From Basidiobolus meristosporus CBS 931.73 (Eukaryota > Fungi > Basidiobolomycota): a DNA stretch of 43,828 bases. The notes beneath the pieces were generated by a model, which saw only the letters and a program-made list of their open reading frames with translations, was not told where the DNA came from and did not search any database. The stretch spans positions 1-43,828 of the forward strand of contig MCFE01000702.1 of NCBI GenBank assembly GCA_002104905.1, in the 5' to 3' direction. Shown here piece by piece: positions 33,987 through 43,828 of the stretch. The position numbers and the translations under genes are program-made. Position 1 is the stretch's first letter; every line of letters starts with the position of its first letter.

Positions 33987-35519
33987 TTAGTAGGTGAATC
34001 GAAAATCAAGTCTATCACTTCCGACATCCTTCGTGGTATCGAGATACTCCTGTCTGGCTTCCTCCGACATCGCATTCCATCGTTGCTCTCTTTTACGATT
34101 GAGGAAGATGTAGTGGTATCTTTGCGCAATGAAGAGTATGATGGTGAAGAACGTCAGCCCGATATTGATCCAGTTCCCCCGATGGAATCGGGGCTTATCG
34201 TCGTCCCGGTAGATTTGACTGCTTACGAGCCCATTGATGTTCACGGACATGATATACATTGCCAACGCCATTGAGCGCTTACCCATGGGTGCTACGTTTT
34301 CGGTGAGCCAAGCTGCATTGATAGGATGCCAGAATGGCCAGCCTACAGTGAACACGATCACTGCGTACAAGGACCACCGGTTTGTGTTATCGGGTAAGAG
34401 CTCGAGGCAGAATAGTCCAACCAGAAACCAGACAGTTCCGGCAACTCCATGCCATGCCCGGTCTTTCACACGATCACTGTTTCGAGTGAGTGCCAACATG
34501 GCCAAGAACTTCAGAAAGTGCGCCGGGATGGTAAGCAAGTTGCTGATCACTGTGCTGAAGCCTAGACTCTTGATCACTAGTGGCATGTAGGATGTGACTG
34601 GATGTGGAGCCATCAATCCGAAGAAACCGATAAGGAGATGCCCCCAAATGCGTGTATCTTTCAAAGCAGCTAGCAGCTCAGTGTTCTTGACTCCTTCTCT
34701 GCGGCCAATGGCTTTGCTAGGATCATCTCGGATCAGGCGGGTTACCAAGATGCTGACCTCCCTGTCGTCAAACCAGCCGTTTTTTCCTCTCAAGAGGCCC
34801 TTGGTTCTGGCTGGGCCCTCCGGGAGATAGAAGAAGGTGACGATTGCGACAAGCACAGTGCCAATGCCATCAATCAGGAACAGCCATTGCCACCCTTTGA
34901 GACCGGCAACGCCACGTAACCTCAGGACTCCGAATGAAATCAGTCCAGAAGATGCGTCGGCCAGGGCCAATACTCCCCAGAACCAGGACAAACGAGTAGC
35001 TAGTTCCTCTTTGGTATAGTATGTGGTCATGTAGAGAATGATGCCAGGAACGTAACCAGCCTCGGTCAGGCCAAGGAAAAGACGCGAGAGAAGGAAGGAG
35101 GTTTTGTCATGCATGAATGTCTGAGCCCAGCTCACGGTGCCCCACAGAAACATCAGGAAGGGGATCCATCTCTCGGCACCAACCTTGCGAATCACCATGT
35201 TCGAAGGGATCTCCAGACTTACGAAGGACAGAACAAAGATGATGGTGCCGAGGTTCACCACATCAAGGGTGATCCCAAGGTCTTCAACGAAGTTATCGGT
35301 CATCGCGTTCGACACATTCCCCCGATCCAATTGCAAGAAGAAGAACATAAGACCTATCCAAGTCATTATTCGGATATCCACTTTTCGAACCAGCCTCTTC
35401 TCTTCTTCTTCGGTCCAGCTAACTTCTGGGTCGTAACCATCAACATGATTGAACCTTTCATACTCTACAGTGAGGATGTCAGTGTTACCCTCGTGTGGAA
35501 TCTTTTTCTCTAGCGTCAT
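33987..35519 (-). CDS. MFS permease, Dal5/Tna1-like, copy B, 510 aa, intronless
   Basis: The track ORF extends to 35657, but ATG 35519 (MTLEKK) aligns with the copy A start, gives the same length and lies downstream of the shared TATA box. Confidence 0.93.
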   Translation of the reverse strand: MTLEKKIPHEGNTDILTVEYERFNHVDGYDPEVSWTEEEEKRLVRKVDIRIMTWIGLMFFFLQLDRGNVSNAMTDNFVEDLGITLDVVNLGTIIFVLSFVSLEIPSNMVIRKVGAERWIPFLMFLWGTVSWAQTFMHDKTSFLLSRLFLGLTEAGYVPGIILYMTTYYTKEELATRLSWFWGVLALADASSGLISFGVLRLRGVAGLKGWQWLFLIDGIGTVLVAIVTFFYLPEGPARTKGLLRGKNGWFDDREVSILVTRLIRDDPSKAIGRREGVKNTELLAALKDTRIWGHLLIGFFGLMAPHPVTSYMPLVIKSLGFSTVISNLLTIPAHFLKFLAMLALTRNSDRVKDRAWHGVAGTVWFLVGLFCLELLPDNTNRWSLYAVIVFTVGWPFWHPINAAWLTENVAPMGKRSMALAMYIMSVNINGLVSSQIYRDDDKPRFHRGNWINIGLTFFTIILFIAQRYHYIFLNRKREQRWNAMSEEARQEYLDTTKDVGSDRLDFRFTY

Positions 35520-36249
35520 TGGATCAATGGTTTGAATACTGGAAGGAGAGCTATGGGCGTCCTTATATGTAGTTTCATCAAGTAGGACAAGCCATAGTCT
35601 ATCCCTGACAACCATCAAAGCGAAAGGTAGCGTCAGTTGGTAGTGATCTGACCTCAATGGACTCTACACGCACAAAGAATGGAGCCGATACCTGTTTCGG
35701 CTGGTGCAAATATTCTCTCCAATTCGCAACATCCGGCCAAAAAGTACGAAGTGAGCTGCCAACACACTCTGGTGATTCGATGGCATTTGAATTGTGCCAT
35801 TGAGCCTGAAAGTGATGTTCTCGTTCTCCTCGGATGAAAACCGGTTTTATCTCGATTGAGGTTCAATGCGGTCAAGATCCCATGGCCCACCATTACACAA
35901 ACCTTTGGCTATCTCCATTAGAGTTACCCTCGTAGATACCGTTATCCATGATGGGTCTCTCATTTCATTATCATCGTGTGTAAAGCGCCGGTGCCACTCT
36001 ATTATATGCAATAACCATGCTTGTTAGCAATACGCTTGATGCCGAAGCGTGATACCGATAACTTTAATCATGCCCTTCATTGATCCTAGCGCTCCAACTA
36101 TGCTGCCTCTGATATCTAGTAATCCTAGTTTAACTTCCCAAATCAACGATTTTACTCCTAGTCTCCGGGCAACACCTTGTATATTTCATCACTCAGCCTG
36201 GCCAAAATATACATACAAGAATTTTCAGCCAAAGTGATGAGCTTTGTCT

Positions 36250-36913
36250 TGAAGTCCTTTCATCAAATCTGCTGAATCGTGGTCACATTAGCGCAGTAGA
36301 TGACATATGCTGCGGCCAAGCATCTCCTCTGGTACCTGGAGCTCAGCTTGATGCTGGAGCAAGGAGCACAAGCTACTAAAGGTTGACTTCCCTGCTTATA
36401 AAACGGTGCTTGTTAAGTATAGATACCGCCCAGAAACTTGACATTAAATGCACTGGCATACATACATATTACGGATTGTTAGATACTTCAAGATGCAGAG
36501 CTCTGGATTAGATATATCCCTAAGAAAAAAATTGAGAAAAGGCCAGCAGAATACCGTCATGATATCCACTGAATTCCAAGCTTCTCAAAATCGACGGCTC
36601 CCAATATCTCAGGTACAAGCTGCTGGGCAGACAAGCAGACATATTTTCCGGGAGGAGACTAGGCCAACTAGCATTCATACCGAATTTGGTGATCAACTGC
36701 TCGCTACTTCTGCCAAAAATTGCAAATGAACATTTGAAGGAAAACCACCACCTGAATATCACCAGAATACCGGCTGAAAATCAGATGAATTCCAAGTTTG
36801 AGATTTTTCTTAGGGTATTCTTATTTTTATCAAATAAGAGTTCTGATGCTGTTGCTCACAGAGGGAATATCACTACCTGGCATGAGCTTGTACTAGAGTG
36901 TCGGGAGCCATAA
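36250..36913 (+). pseudogene. Possible decayed ankyrin-repeat gene
   Basis: Fragments in shifting frames resemble ankyrin repeats: LLNRGHISAVDD, YAAAKH...LMLEQGA, LLGRQADIFSGRRLGQLA, VAHRGNI. Stops and frameshifts throughout. Confidence 0.3.
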
Positions 36914-37219
36914 TAACCTTTATTGCAAATTTAGTATCCAAGAATATGCAGACACCTGGAGAGAATGAAACAGAACAAGACCCTATTAGCAGTAATTTGA
37001 TTCCGCAGGCAGATCTAATCTGGATCAGCTATCAAGATCTCATCAAAACACTGTTGCAACAGCTGCACATTGGAGCTACTACCTTACTCAACAGTCTCAT
37101 GATGTAAGCTTGTGTTTTTTCATGTACATTTGGTAATTAGACCTAAATGCTCCACAAGCTTAATCAGTTGAATCCTATTCTATATATCTAAGGGTGCTTT
37201 ATCACACATGCCTTGTTGG

Positions 37220-38199
37220 TGTTGTAGAAATCTTGAATATACTGGAAGTAATTAGGAGATCAAGTCTACTATTATGCTTTAGTTGGCACTTCATTCAATG
37301 TTATGGTGGTATTTATACTTTAGCCCTACCCTAAGATCCCATCAAAAGGTTATCACAAGATTCAAATCTCATGAACAAGTGGCATTGCTGCCATTAGGAC
37401 CATACGTAAACCATTTGAAAAACATTGTGCCTTGGATTTCACAAATGGCTTGGTCAAAATTTTCATCACAACAGCCCCCAAGTTGCTTTTGATTGGTTCT
37501 CTGCCATTTCTCTCACTTTCTGATCCCAGTCACTGAGTTGATTCCTACATATGTGTACATTGATGCACTATTGCCACTCTTTCTCACTCCATACATGCAG
37601 ACTCAACCAGTGCTCTTACTCTTCATGCATACAAATTGGTTTGTGTCTGCTGATTCTTCAGTTGTAACTCAAACATAGACTGTACCTACCAATATAGTGT
37701 TGTAAGAGTCTTGGAGATATTGGAAGTGATTGGGAGGACAAGTAGATCATGTGTTTTTCACTTAATGATTTATTGTATGTAAAAGTAGTATTTATACTTT
37801 TACATGGTCTTGGCAAAACAAACATGTAGAATAGGTTAAGGAAGGTCCCAAGTGTTGTAAAAATTGAATTCCACCTAAATATTCACCTAGCTTAGTCACT
37901 TAATTCAGTACCTTCACATCCCAGAGAACACCAACCAAATTCCCTGCCAGGATTTACTTAGAATATTTTCACAAAAATACCAGGTACCCAGAACATGAAA
38001 ATTCTCAAAGTTGTCCATACAGCCCCAATCTTTGCACACATGCTCTTGGGACCTTCCTTAACCTATTCTACATGTTTTTTATGCCAAGACCATGTAAAAG
38101 TACAACTACTACTTTTACATTCAATAAATCATTAAGTGAAAACCACATAATCTACTTGTTCTCCCAATCACTTCCAATATCTCCAAGACTCTTACAACA
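37220..38199. mobile_element. Cluster of copia-type LTR copies: older (-) copy about 37220-37473, partial (-) copy 37698-37852, (+) LTR 37853-38199
   Basis: TGTTG...CAACA termini at 37853/38199. All three share the 3' segment (AAAGTA(T/C)AA...ACTTGnTCTCCnAATnACTTCCAnTAT...ACAACAC), and two keep TATAAATA. The 5' end of the older copy is uncertain. Confidence 0.6.
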
Positions 38200-38201
38200 C
38201 T

Positions 38202-39030
38202 AACTACCAAGTGTGGAAGGTGAAGATGAAGATGCTGCTACAAGAAAGAGGCCATTGGAATATTGTCATGGGAGAAGAATGCCCTCCTAAAGATGTGGTT
38301 GCAGAAGCCTTAAAGTACCAGAAGAAAGAACTAAGTGCCTTTAACTGCATTTGCCTTAATGTACAGGACAAATTGCTAATTCAATGCTCAAGAACAAAAA
38401 TGGCAAAGAATGCCTGGAAGGCATTAGAAGGCACCAACCAGTCATGTTCAGCTGCTAAGAAAATGTATCTAAGACAAAAATTCTTAACTACAAAGATGCT
38501 GCCAGGAGAAGAAATGAAAAATCCAATTAACAGAATTACCCTGCTGGTAGATGAAATGGAATCTGTGGGCATACCAACCACTGATAAGGATGTGATAGTT
38601 ACTATCCTGAATAGCCTGACAGAGAAGTTTCAGGGCCTTGTATCAGCCCTAGAGTCCAGAACTGAAGCTTTCATCTTAAATTATGTATATGGAAGGCTCC
38701 TGGATGAAGAATTAAGAAAATCAAGCACCAATAAGAAGGAAGAAGAAAATGCATTAATAACCAATAATAACCAACAAAGAAGGTAACCAAGACCTTACAA
38801 AGGCAACAGCAGCCTGTTTTGCAACTACTGAAAAAAGAAAGGACACACATCAGTCTGGTATCTCAAAAAGAGAGATAATCAGCAAAAGAAGCCTGAATGT
38901 GGAAATGCTGCAACAACTGAAGATAGACTATTCAAATATGCACTAAATATGACCACAAACAAGGATTCTCAGATGTGTCATATTGACTCTGGAGCATCTC
39001 AACACTTTACACACAAAAAGTACTTTTACC
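38202..39030 (+). mobile_element. Ty1/copia gag-protease fragment (dead)
   Basis: NYQVWKVKMKMLLQERGHW gag start, a UBN2-like region (KMYLRQKFLTTKM, VTILNSLTEKF), a broken zinc knuckle CNY*KKKGH, and protease HIDSGASQHF. Truncated after the protease. Confidence 0.88.
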
Positions 39031-39217
39031 CAATAGACTTGTTCCATTGGATAGTGCCACATAGTGCCAGCCTGTTTATGGTGCTGGATTGATATGGCAC
39101 TCTACAGCACTATCTGGCACTATAATCTCTACCATGATGCCAGTGGTATGATACAGTTACTGGTAATTTTACTCAATCTTACTTATGTTGCTCAGAATAG
39201 TGCTTTCCTTGCTTTAT

Positions 39218-40101
39218 TCACTCTTCATAATGCTCCAGACACATTTCTCTCAGTGGATGTCTGCTTGTATGAACATACTGTGCATTAATAAGTATCTTAA
39301 CTATTTTACCTATTCTGCTGTTTTCTCCTATATATGACTTTCCTCTGTATTTACTTGCCAATATGCTGAATCTCTTCAGATATCCAAATGTGTGCTCTAC
39401 CCTCACTCTGAAATGATTAAATATCTCATTGTAGAGCCTCTGCTTCCTGCTAAGCACACCATTCCTTGGCTTCCTATAAGCTGTAATACATCCTAATCTC
39501 TGACAATCCTCTCCTATATAGGCTAAGTCTGCCATACATTTCTCCCCTCTACTGAATTCAGGATGATTCTCTACCCAGAGTGCTTTGTCATGCCTACTTC
39601 CAGCAAATGGCCCACTAAACCAGATGATGTTACCTTCAATGTCAGACAGTGCTTAAAACTTCATACAGTGTGCCTTGTACTTGCCAGAATAAAAGTGCCT
39701 CTGCCCTCTTGAAGGTCTGTTAATCCTCACTGGGAAGGTATCCAAAATACTCCTGATATGGAACCTGTTGCTGAACACTCTGGGATATGGAAGACTATTG
39801 GAGCTTCTGAACCTAGTATTCCAGGCTTGCTCTAAGTCATTCATACCCTCTGCAAGGTGGTTCTCCATTGCTGTCAGCTGGGAATGAAAGCTTCTAGGAC
39901 TTTTGTTGCCATGGATGGTGGGATGAAGCCTTGTAGGGCATAGTTCTTGTAATAGCAGAGAAGCTTGACAAGGGATCTCCTTGAGTAGAATGGGGTTGAT
40001 GGTCCACAGTACTTGGAATAGATCTCCTCTAGTGTGTCAAAAGGAAATCCAGTGGTAGTGATGGGATTGATGAGAAAAGACCATTCAGATGAGTAAGTCA
40101 T
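39218..40101 (-). mobile_element. DDE_Tnp_4 (PIF/Harbinger-IS5-like) transposase pseudogene
   Basis: ILDTFPVRINRP, FYSGKYKAHCMKF*, WFSGPFAGSRHDK, MADLAYIG, RVRVEHTFGYLKRFSIL. In-frame TAA at 39653-39655 and a stop plus frameshift near 39870. TIRs not identified. Confidence 0.88.
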
Positions 40102-40290
40102 ATTAAAATTGGTGGATGATCACAAACGTGGTCTGGACCGGAAAAGTTGATGTTGGATCTGTTTGAGTTCTTGCCAAATGATTTTAGTATGGCCCAAGTG
40201 TCTATGATGAGCCTTCATACAGATATTTGGGCACAACTGATTAATCTAGCAGAACTAGATACCTCAGAGAGTTGACAAAGATGGAAGAAT

Positions 40291-40893
40291 TTGAGTAGAA
40301 AGCTGTGGCATGAGTTCTACATCAAGATGCCAGCCAATGTATGTATAAAGATATATAACAAGACAAGTATTGAAATCAAGAATGAGCTGAGAGTGAGGGG
40401 ATTTGACAAAGAAGCCATGCGGGAACAATTTTGCACGCAATTTGCACAGTATGGGCTGGACGCGTCCGTTTGTGCCTCAACTTTGGGAACCAAAGAGATT
40501 TTGAATGAGTTTTTGCCTCAAATGACTAATGTACTACGTGATATATTAGTAGAGCTAAGTGGCTTCCAAGAGCAATATATACAGGACTCATCCAGGCAAC
40601 AGCTCCAAAGTATCAGACAGAGGGTAGTGAATACCTTGAGGAATCAGATGGTGAGCTTCAGGAGGAAGAATACAGACCGCAAGCAACATTGTCCAGATTG
40701 CGCCAGCACGTCTTGCTGGATTCCCTACCATCTCTTGCAACCACAGCGTGCCGGTGCACGTCAGTCCAGACCACACCAACACCCTTTACCAGAACGCCCT
40801 GCATCAAGCCAACACGCATTGAGTCAATGCACATTGGGCCAACGTGTGCGCTTCAGAGCAAAACTACAAGAACTTGCCAAACTGCTCATTTAG
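40291..40893 (+). CDS. Hypothetical, probably transposon-associated ORF
   Basis: 200-codon ORF (TTG start) with a helical-looking N-terminal two-thirds, divergent from the DDE transposase. No family recognised. Confidence 0.3.
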   Translation: MSRKLWHEFYIKMPANVCIKIYNKTSIEIKNELRVRGFDKEAMREQFCTQFAQYGLDASVCASTLGTKEILNEFLPQMTNVLRDILVELSGFQEQYIQDSSRQQLQSIRQRVVNTLRNQMVSFRRKNTDRKQHCPDCASTSCWIPYHLLQPQRAGARQSRPHQHPLPERPASSQHALSQCTLGQRVRFRAKLQELAKLLI

Positions 40894-41600
40894 ACACAAG
40901 TCCATTGGAGCGGACCAAGTTGCGTCAACATGCAGCATCACATCAAACTCAGCCAAGGGCCATCTCAACATGTCAAGGTGTGCCTGTGCGTGCCGTTTTG
41001 CCTGACCATCAGCAAGTTACTTCTGGTGAACTGACTGATGATGACCAACATGAAGTGCCTCAACCACCGGAGCCCTTAGCAAGTAAAAGAATGTGTTAGC
41101 ACATGGCACTACAGGCCAGTTCAGTTGGTCCAGTTGGAGCAATTCAGCGCGGTGTGGTGGTGTATAAGTCCAAGGGAGAGATACATCCAACACTTCTCAA
41201 GTGTTTTGTGTGTGGGGTGTTCACTGGGTGCGATAACCTCTGGCAAAAGCTTGCTAGGAATACTTGGGTTCTGTCTCTAATCTAATGTGAAGGGGAATAA
41301 AGCCACAAGCTTGTCAAGGGAAAACTATTGAGCTACAATCCCCAACTTAGTTGGCGTCTTAACAAAAGTATGTGCTGGGTTCAGCGTCCTTTGAGATGAC
41401 AATGTACTAAAGCTTCCAAAGTCAAAACAACTGTAAACTCCACCAGCAGGGACTTGATAAGAATGCAGCTGTGGTCAATAGTTACAAAGACAGAAAAGTA
41501 TCTTTGCCTGTACAAGAACAAACTTGGGAAAGAATCAAATATAATAAAAGATACCTACTCTGAGTATTCCTCACAAGTAGTGCCTCCAAGGTCAGTTGGC

Positions 41601-42213
41601 TGTCAGCGCGGTTTCCTGGGAGTGTCCTGTGGTCTAGGGTTGGAAGTTCAGGTAGCAGCAGGTAGCAGTGATCACACTAATCAACAAGTCGGTATATTGA
41701 TAAAAGGGATGATGATTTATTGTTGAGGGATAGCCTCCCCTATATACTTTTCTCACTGGCTAAGTGATTACTAATCATGGTGTTCCAGAAGGTTCCAGAG
41801 ATCAATAGAAATCTTAATGACATCAGAATGACCTAAGAATGTTCTAAGTAGGTGCCGGAAGGTTCTAAGAGGCACAGCACATCCAACCAATGAGGAATCA
41901 GTATTCTGAAACCTGCGTAACATGGGGATACCATATATGGTATGGAAATGGTAGGGATGGTGACACGGGCTGATCATGTGTCACGGGTACTGGCGCGGGT
42001 ACTTGCTCAATATAGAAGTACTTATAGCTAGTAGTCTTACATAAAGTGAGGGTTAACTTATGCAATAAGGTAAGCAGGTGTGATAGTCAACCGGCTTATG
42101 GGATAGTACTGATTGGGTAAGACAAATGGGATAAAACTAAAATAAGTGTAGTAGAGATATAGGGAAGTAGAAAATAAGGGAATGAGCACATCTGTCAGTG
42201 GGTGTCACTGTCA
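41601..42213 (-). mobile_element. Probable 3' LTR of the gypsy element (about 613 bp; internal alternative ends at 41965 and 41979)
   Basis: On the minus strand a purine tract GAGAGGGGGGTGGATATAGTGGGG (42237-42214) directly precedes TGACA at 42213. TATATA (41741-41746) and AATAAA (41716-41721) follow, and the segment ends TGACA at 41601. Confidence 0.55.
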
Positions 42214-42262
42214 CCCCACTATATCCACCCCCCTCTCAGCTTTGAACTTGGGTCAAAGCAAA

Positions 42263-43828
42263 CTAATCTTGATGTGCAAAATTCCTATGCTTGAATAACT
42301 TAAGTCGATTTCCAGCAACTGGTGCTCTCAACTGGGTGTTGTCAAGCTCAGATATGTAATAACTTCCATTTCCAATCACTTTGGAAATGAGGTAGGGGCC
42401 AGTCCATTTGTTGTCAAACTTCCAACTCCATTGCTTGTCCAAGGTGGAATCATAGAGTAATACTGGGTCTCCTAGTGATAGTGGTTTTGGTCTTGTTGGG
42501 TGTGATTTGTCAAAGGGCACCTTGTTCTTTAGTCGTGTATCCTTAAGTTGTTCAGCAGCTCTGCTGATATTCAAGTCATGGTGATCAAGTTGCTGTATGC
42601 GAGTTGCAAGGAGGTCTTCAGTCTGCATATTGGATCTCCAATTCAATGAGTTCCAAGTGACTGTGTTTAACTCAACTGGTAGTATGCAGTCATGTCCATA
42701 GAGTAGCTTGAATGGCGATAATCCAGTTGTCCTCTTAGTAGTAATTCTATCTGCCCAGAGTGCTAGATGTAATTGCTGTGGCCACAGTGTTGTGTTATTC
42801 TCACAGGTCTTGACAAGAGAGTTCACCAATGGTCCATGTCCTCTCTCTATCATTCCATTGGCTTGAGGGTGGTAAGCTGTTGTAAAAGCAATGTGTATCT
42901 TGTACTTTGAGCACAACTCCTGGATCATTTGGGATGTCATCTCTCCTCTGTCAGCAACAAACTGTCGGATGCAGCCAAATCTGCAGATGATGTCTTCAAG
43001 TATAAATCTCCATATGGTATGGCTCTTGTTGTTGGGCAAGGCTCGAGCCTCTGCCCATCCACTAAGGTCATCTCTAGCAACAATCAGGTACTTTTTTGAT
43101 CCAGCTGTTGGCATGTGGACAAGGTCAATACCAACCTTTTGCCATAGACAGATTGTGTAAGTAGGATGCAGTGGTTCTTCATAACGCTTTGAGGATCTCT
43201 TCTGGCAGGCTACACATGACTCAACAAAGTGTTGGATATCATAGTACATGTTTTCCCAGTAGTACCTCTGAGCTGTAGTATTGTATGTGGCTTCTCGTCC
43301 TCTATGTCCTCCTGGTTCTCCTTGGTGGATACTTGTCATGATGTTCAGTTGCTCTTGAGGGGTAGTGACTACTCTTCTTGGCATAAGTCCAGGTTTCACT
43401 CGCTTAAAGAGAAGATCATCTTTAAGATAGTAGTGGTGTGCCTTCTTCCTGAGTTTTCTAAACTCCTGAATATCCATCCAACTAGGTTTCTTAAGTGTCC
43501 TTAGATATTCCTTGATCAGACTCCAGGTAGTTCTCTCTTGGTCTTTGATGGCAATCTGTCGGATCTCTGCATCAATAATATCATCAAAGTGAGGGTCCAA
43601 GTCTTCAAATAATTGTGGTCCCTTCCTGGAGAGTGCATCAGCCACAACATTTGTCTTGCCAGGGATATGTTTGACCTCAAAGTCAAACATTTTCAGCCAT
43701 GCCATCCATCGGTTTGTGGCATCATCAGGTAGGTCAGGCTTGTTGATCAATCCTATCAGTGGCTTGGCATCTGTCTCCAGGATAAAATGTGTCATGTAGA
43801 GTTGTGACTTCAGTTTCCTCAGCATCTT
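42263..43828 (-). mobile_element. Ty3/gypsy pol 3' part (RNase H end plus integrase), runs off the window
   Basis: ETDAKPL...RWMAWLKMFDFEVKHIPGKTNVVADALSR; H2C2 GGHRG...CVACQ; DDE core DLVHM, ADRG, ERGH; GPY motif KWTGPYLI. 520 codons open, no chromodomain. Confidence 0.95.

Noticed and set aside
25892-35519. RPS22 and MFS duplications as assembly artefacts
   Set aside because: Copies have distinct flanks, synonymous and structure-consistent substitutions, and diverged-but-alignable promoters, which mis-assembly would not create. Long reads remain the formal test.
30555-35519. Intronless MFS genes as bacterial horizontal transfers
   Set aside because: The motifs are those of the fungal Dal5/Tna1-like family, and other native genes in the window are also intronless.
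37697-38200. Tc1/mariner-type MITE with long TIRs and TA target duplication
   Set aside because: The arms match an older LTR-like copy nearby, carry a TATA box, and a TGTTG LTR start sits exactly at the inner arm boundary. Not fully excluded without a genome-wide search.
40600-41250. Minus-strand translation faintly resembling RNase H or DIRS motifs (RAELLQL, LAEFDVMLHV, MDLC...FCS)
   Set aside because: Matches are short, interrupted by stops and lack the diagnostic spacing; not supportable without a profile search.

Overview
A gene-dense fungal region with typical 50-75 nt GT-AG introns, probably from an early-diverging lineage (Mucoromycota/Zoopagomycota-like; the species cannot be proven from sequence). 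It grades into a nested, CpG-erased transposon cluster after about 37 kb. Genes in order: homeodomain TF (+), RPS16 (-), Osh3-type GOLD-PH-OSBP protein (+), Inn1/Fic1-like C2 protein (+), Ste7-type MAP2K (+), ING-family PHD protein (+), orphan ORF (-), divergent Gfo/Idh/MocA oxidoreductase (-), Trp-repeat hypothetical (-), S/T-rich putative GPI protein (+), NTF2-like protein (-), RPS22 copy A (-), TMEM70-like (-), RPS22 copy B (-), two tandem MFS permeases (-), then copia, DDE_Tnp_4 and gypsy remnants. The most interesting signal is non-coding and lies in the two RPS22 genes. Each has an unusually long coding intron carrying an H/ACA snoRNA whose two pockets match the known yeast snR44 targets (18S psi106, 25S psi1056). 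Each also has a hidden 530-600 nt 5'-UTR intron with a conserved long-range helix, and a second perfect branch point whose CAG acceptor is buried in a UGUU-capped hairpin and would give a premature-stop transcript. Together these look like a deeply conserved RPS22B-type host and autoregulation module. All splice models and RNA pairings were worked out by hand; no database search or folding program was run.
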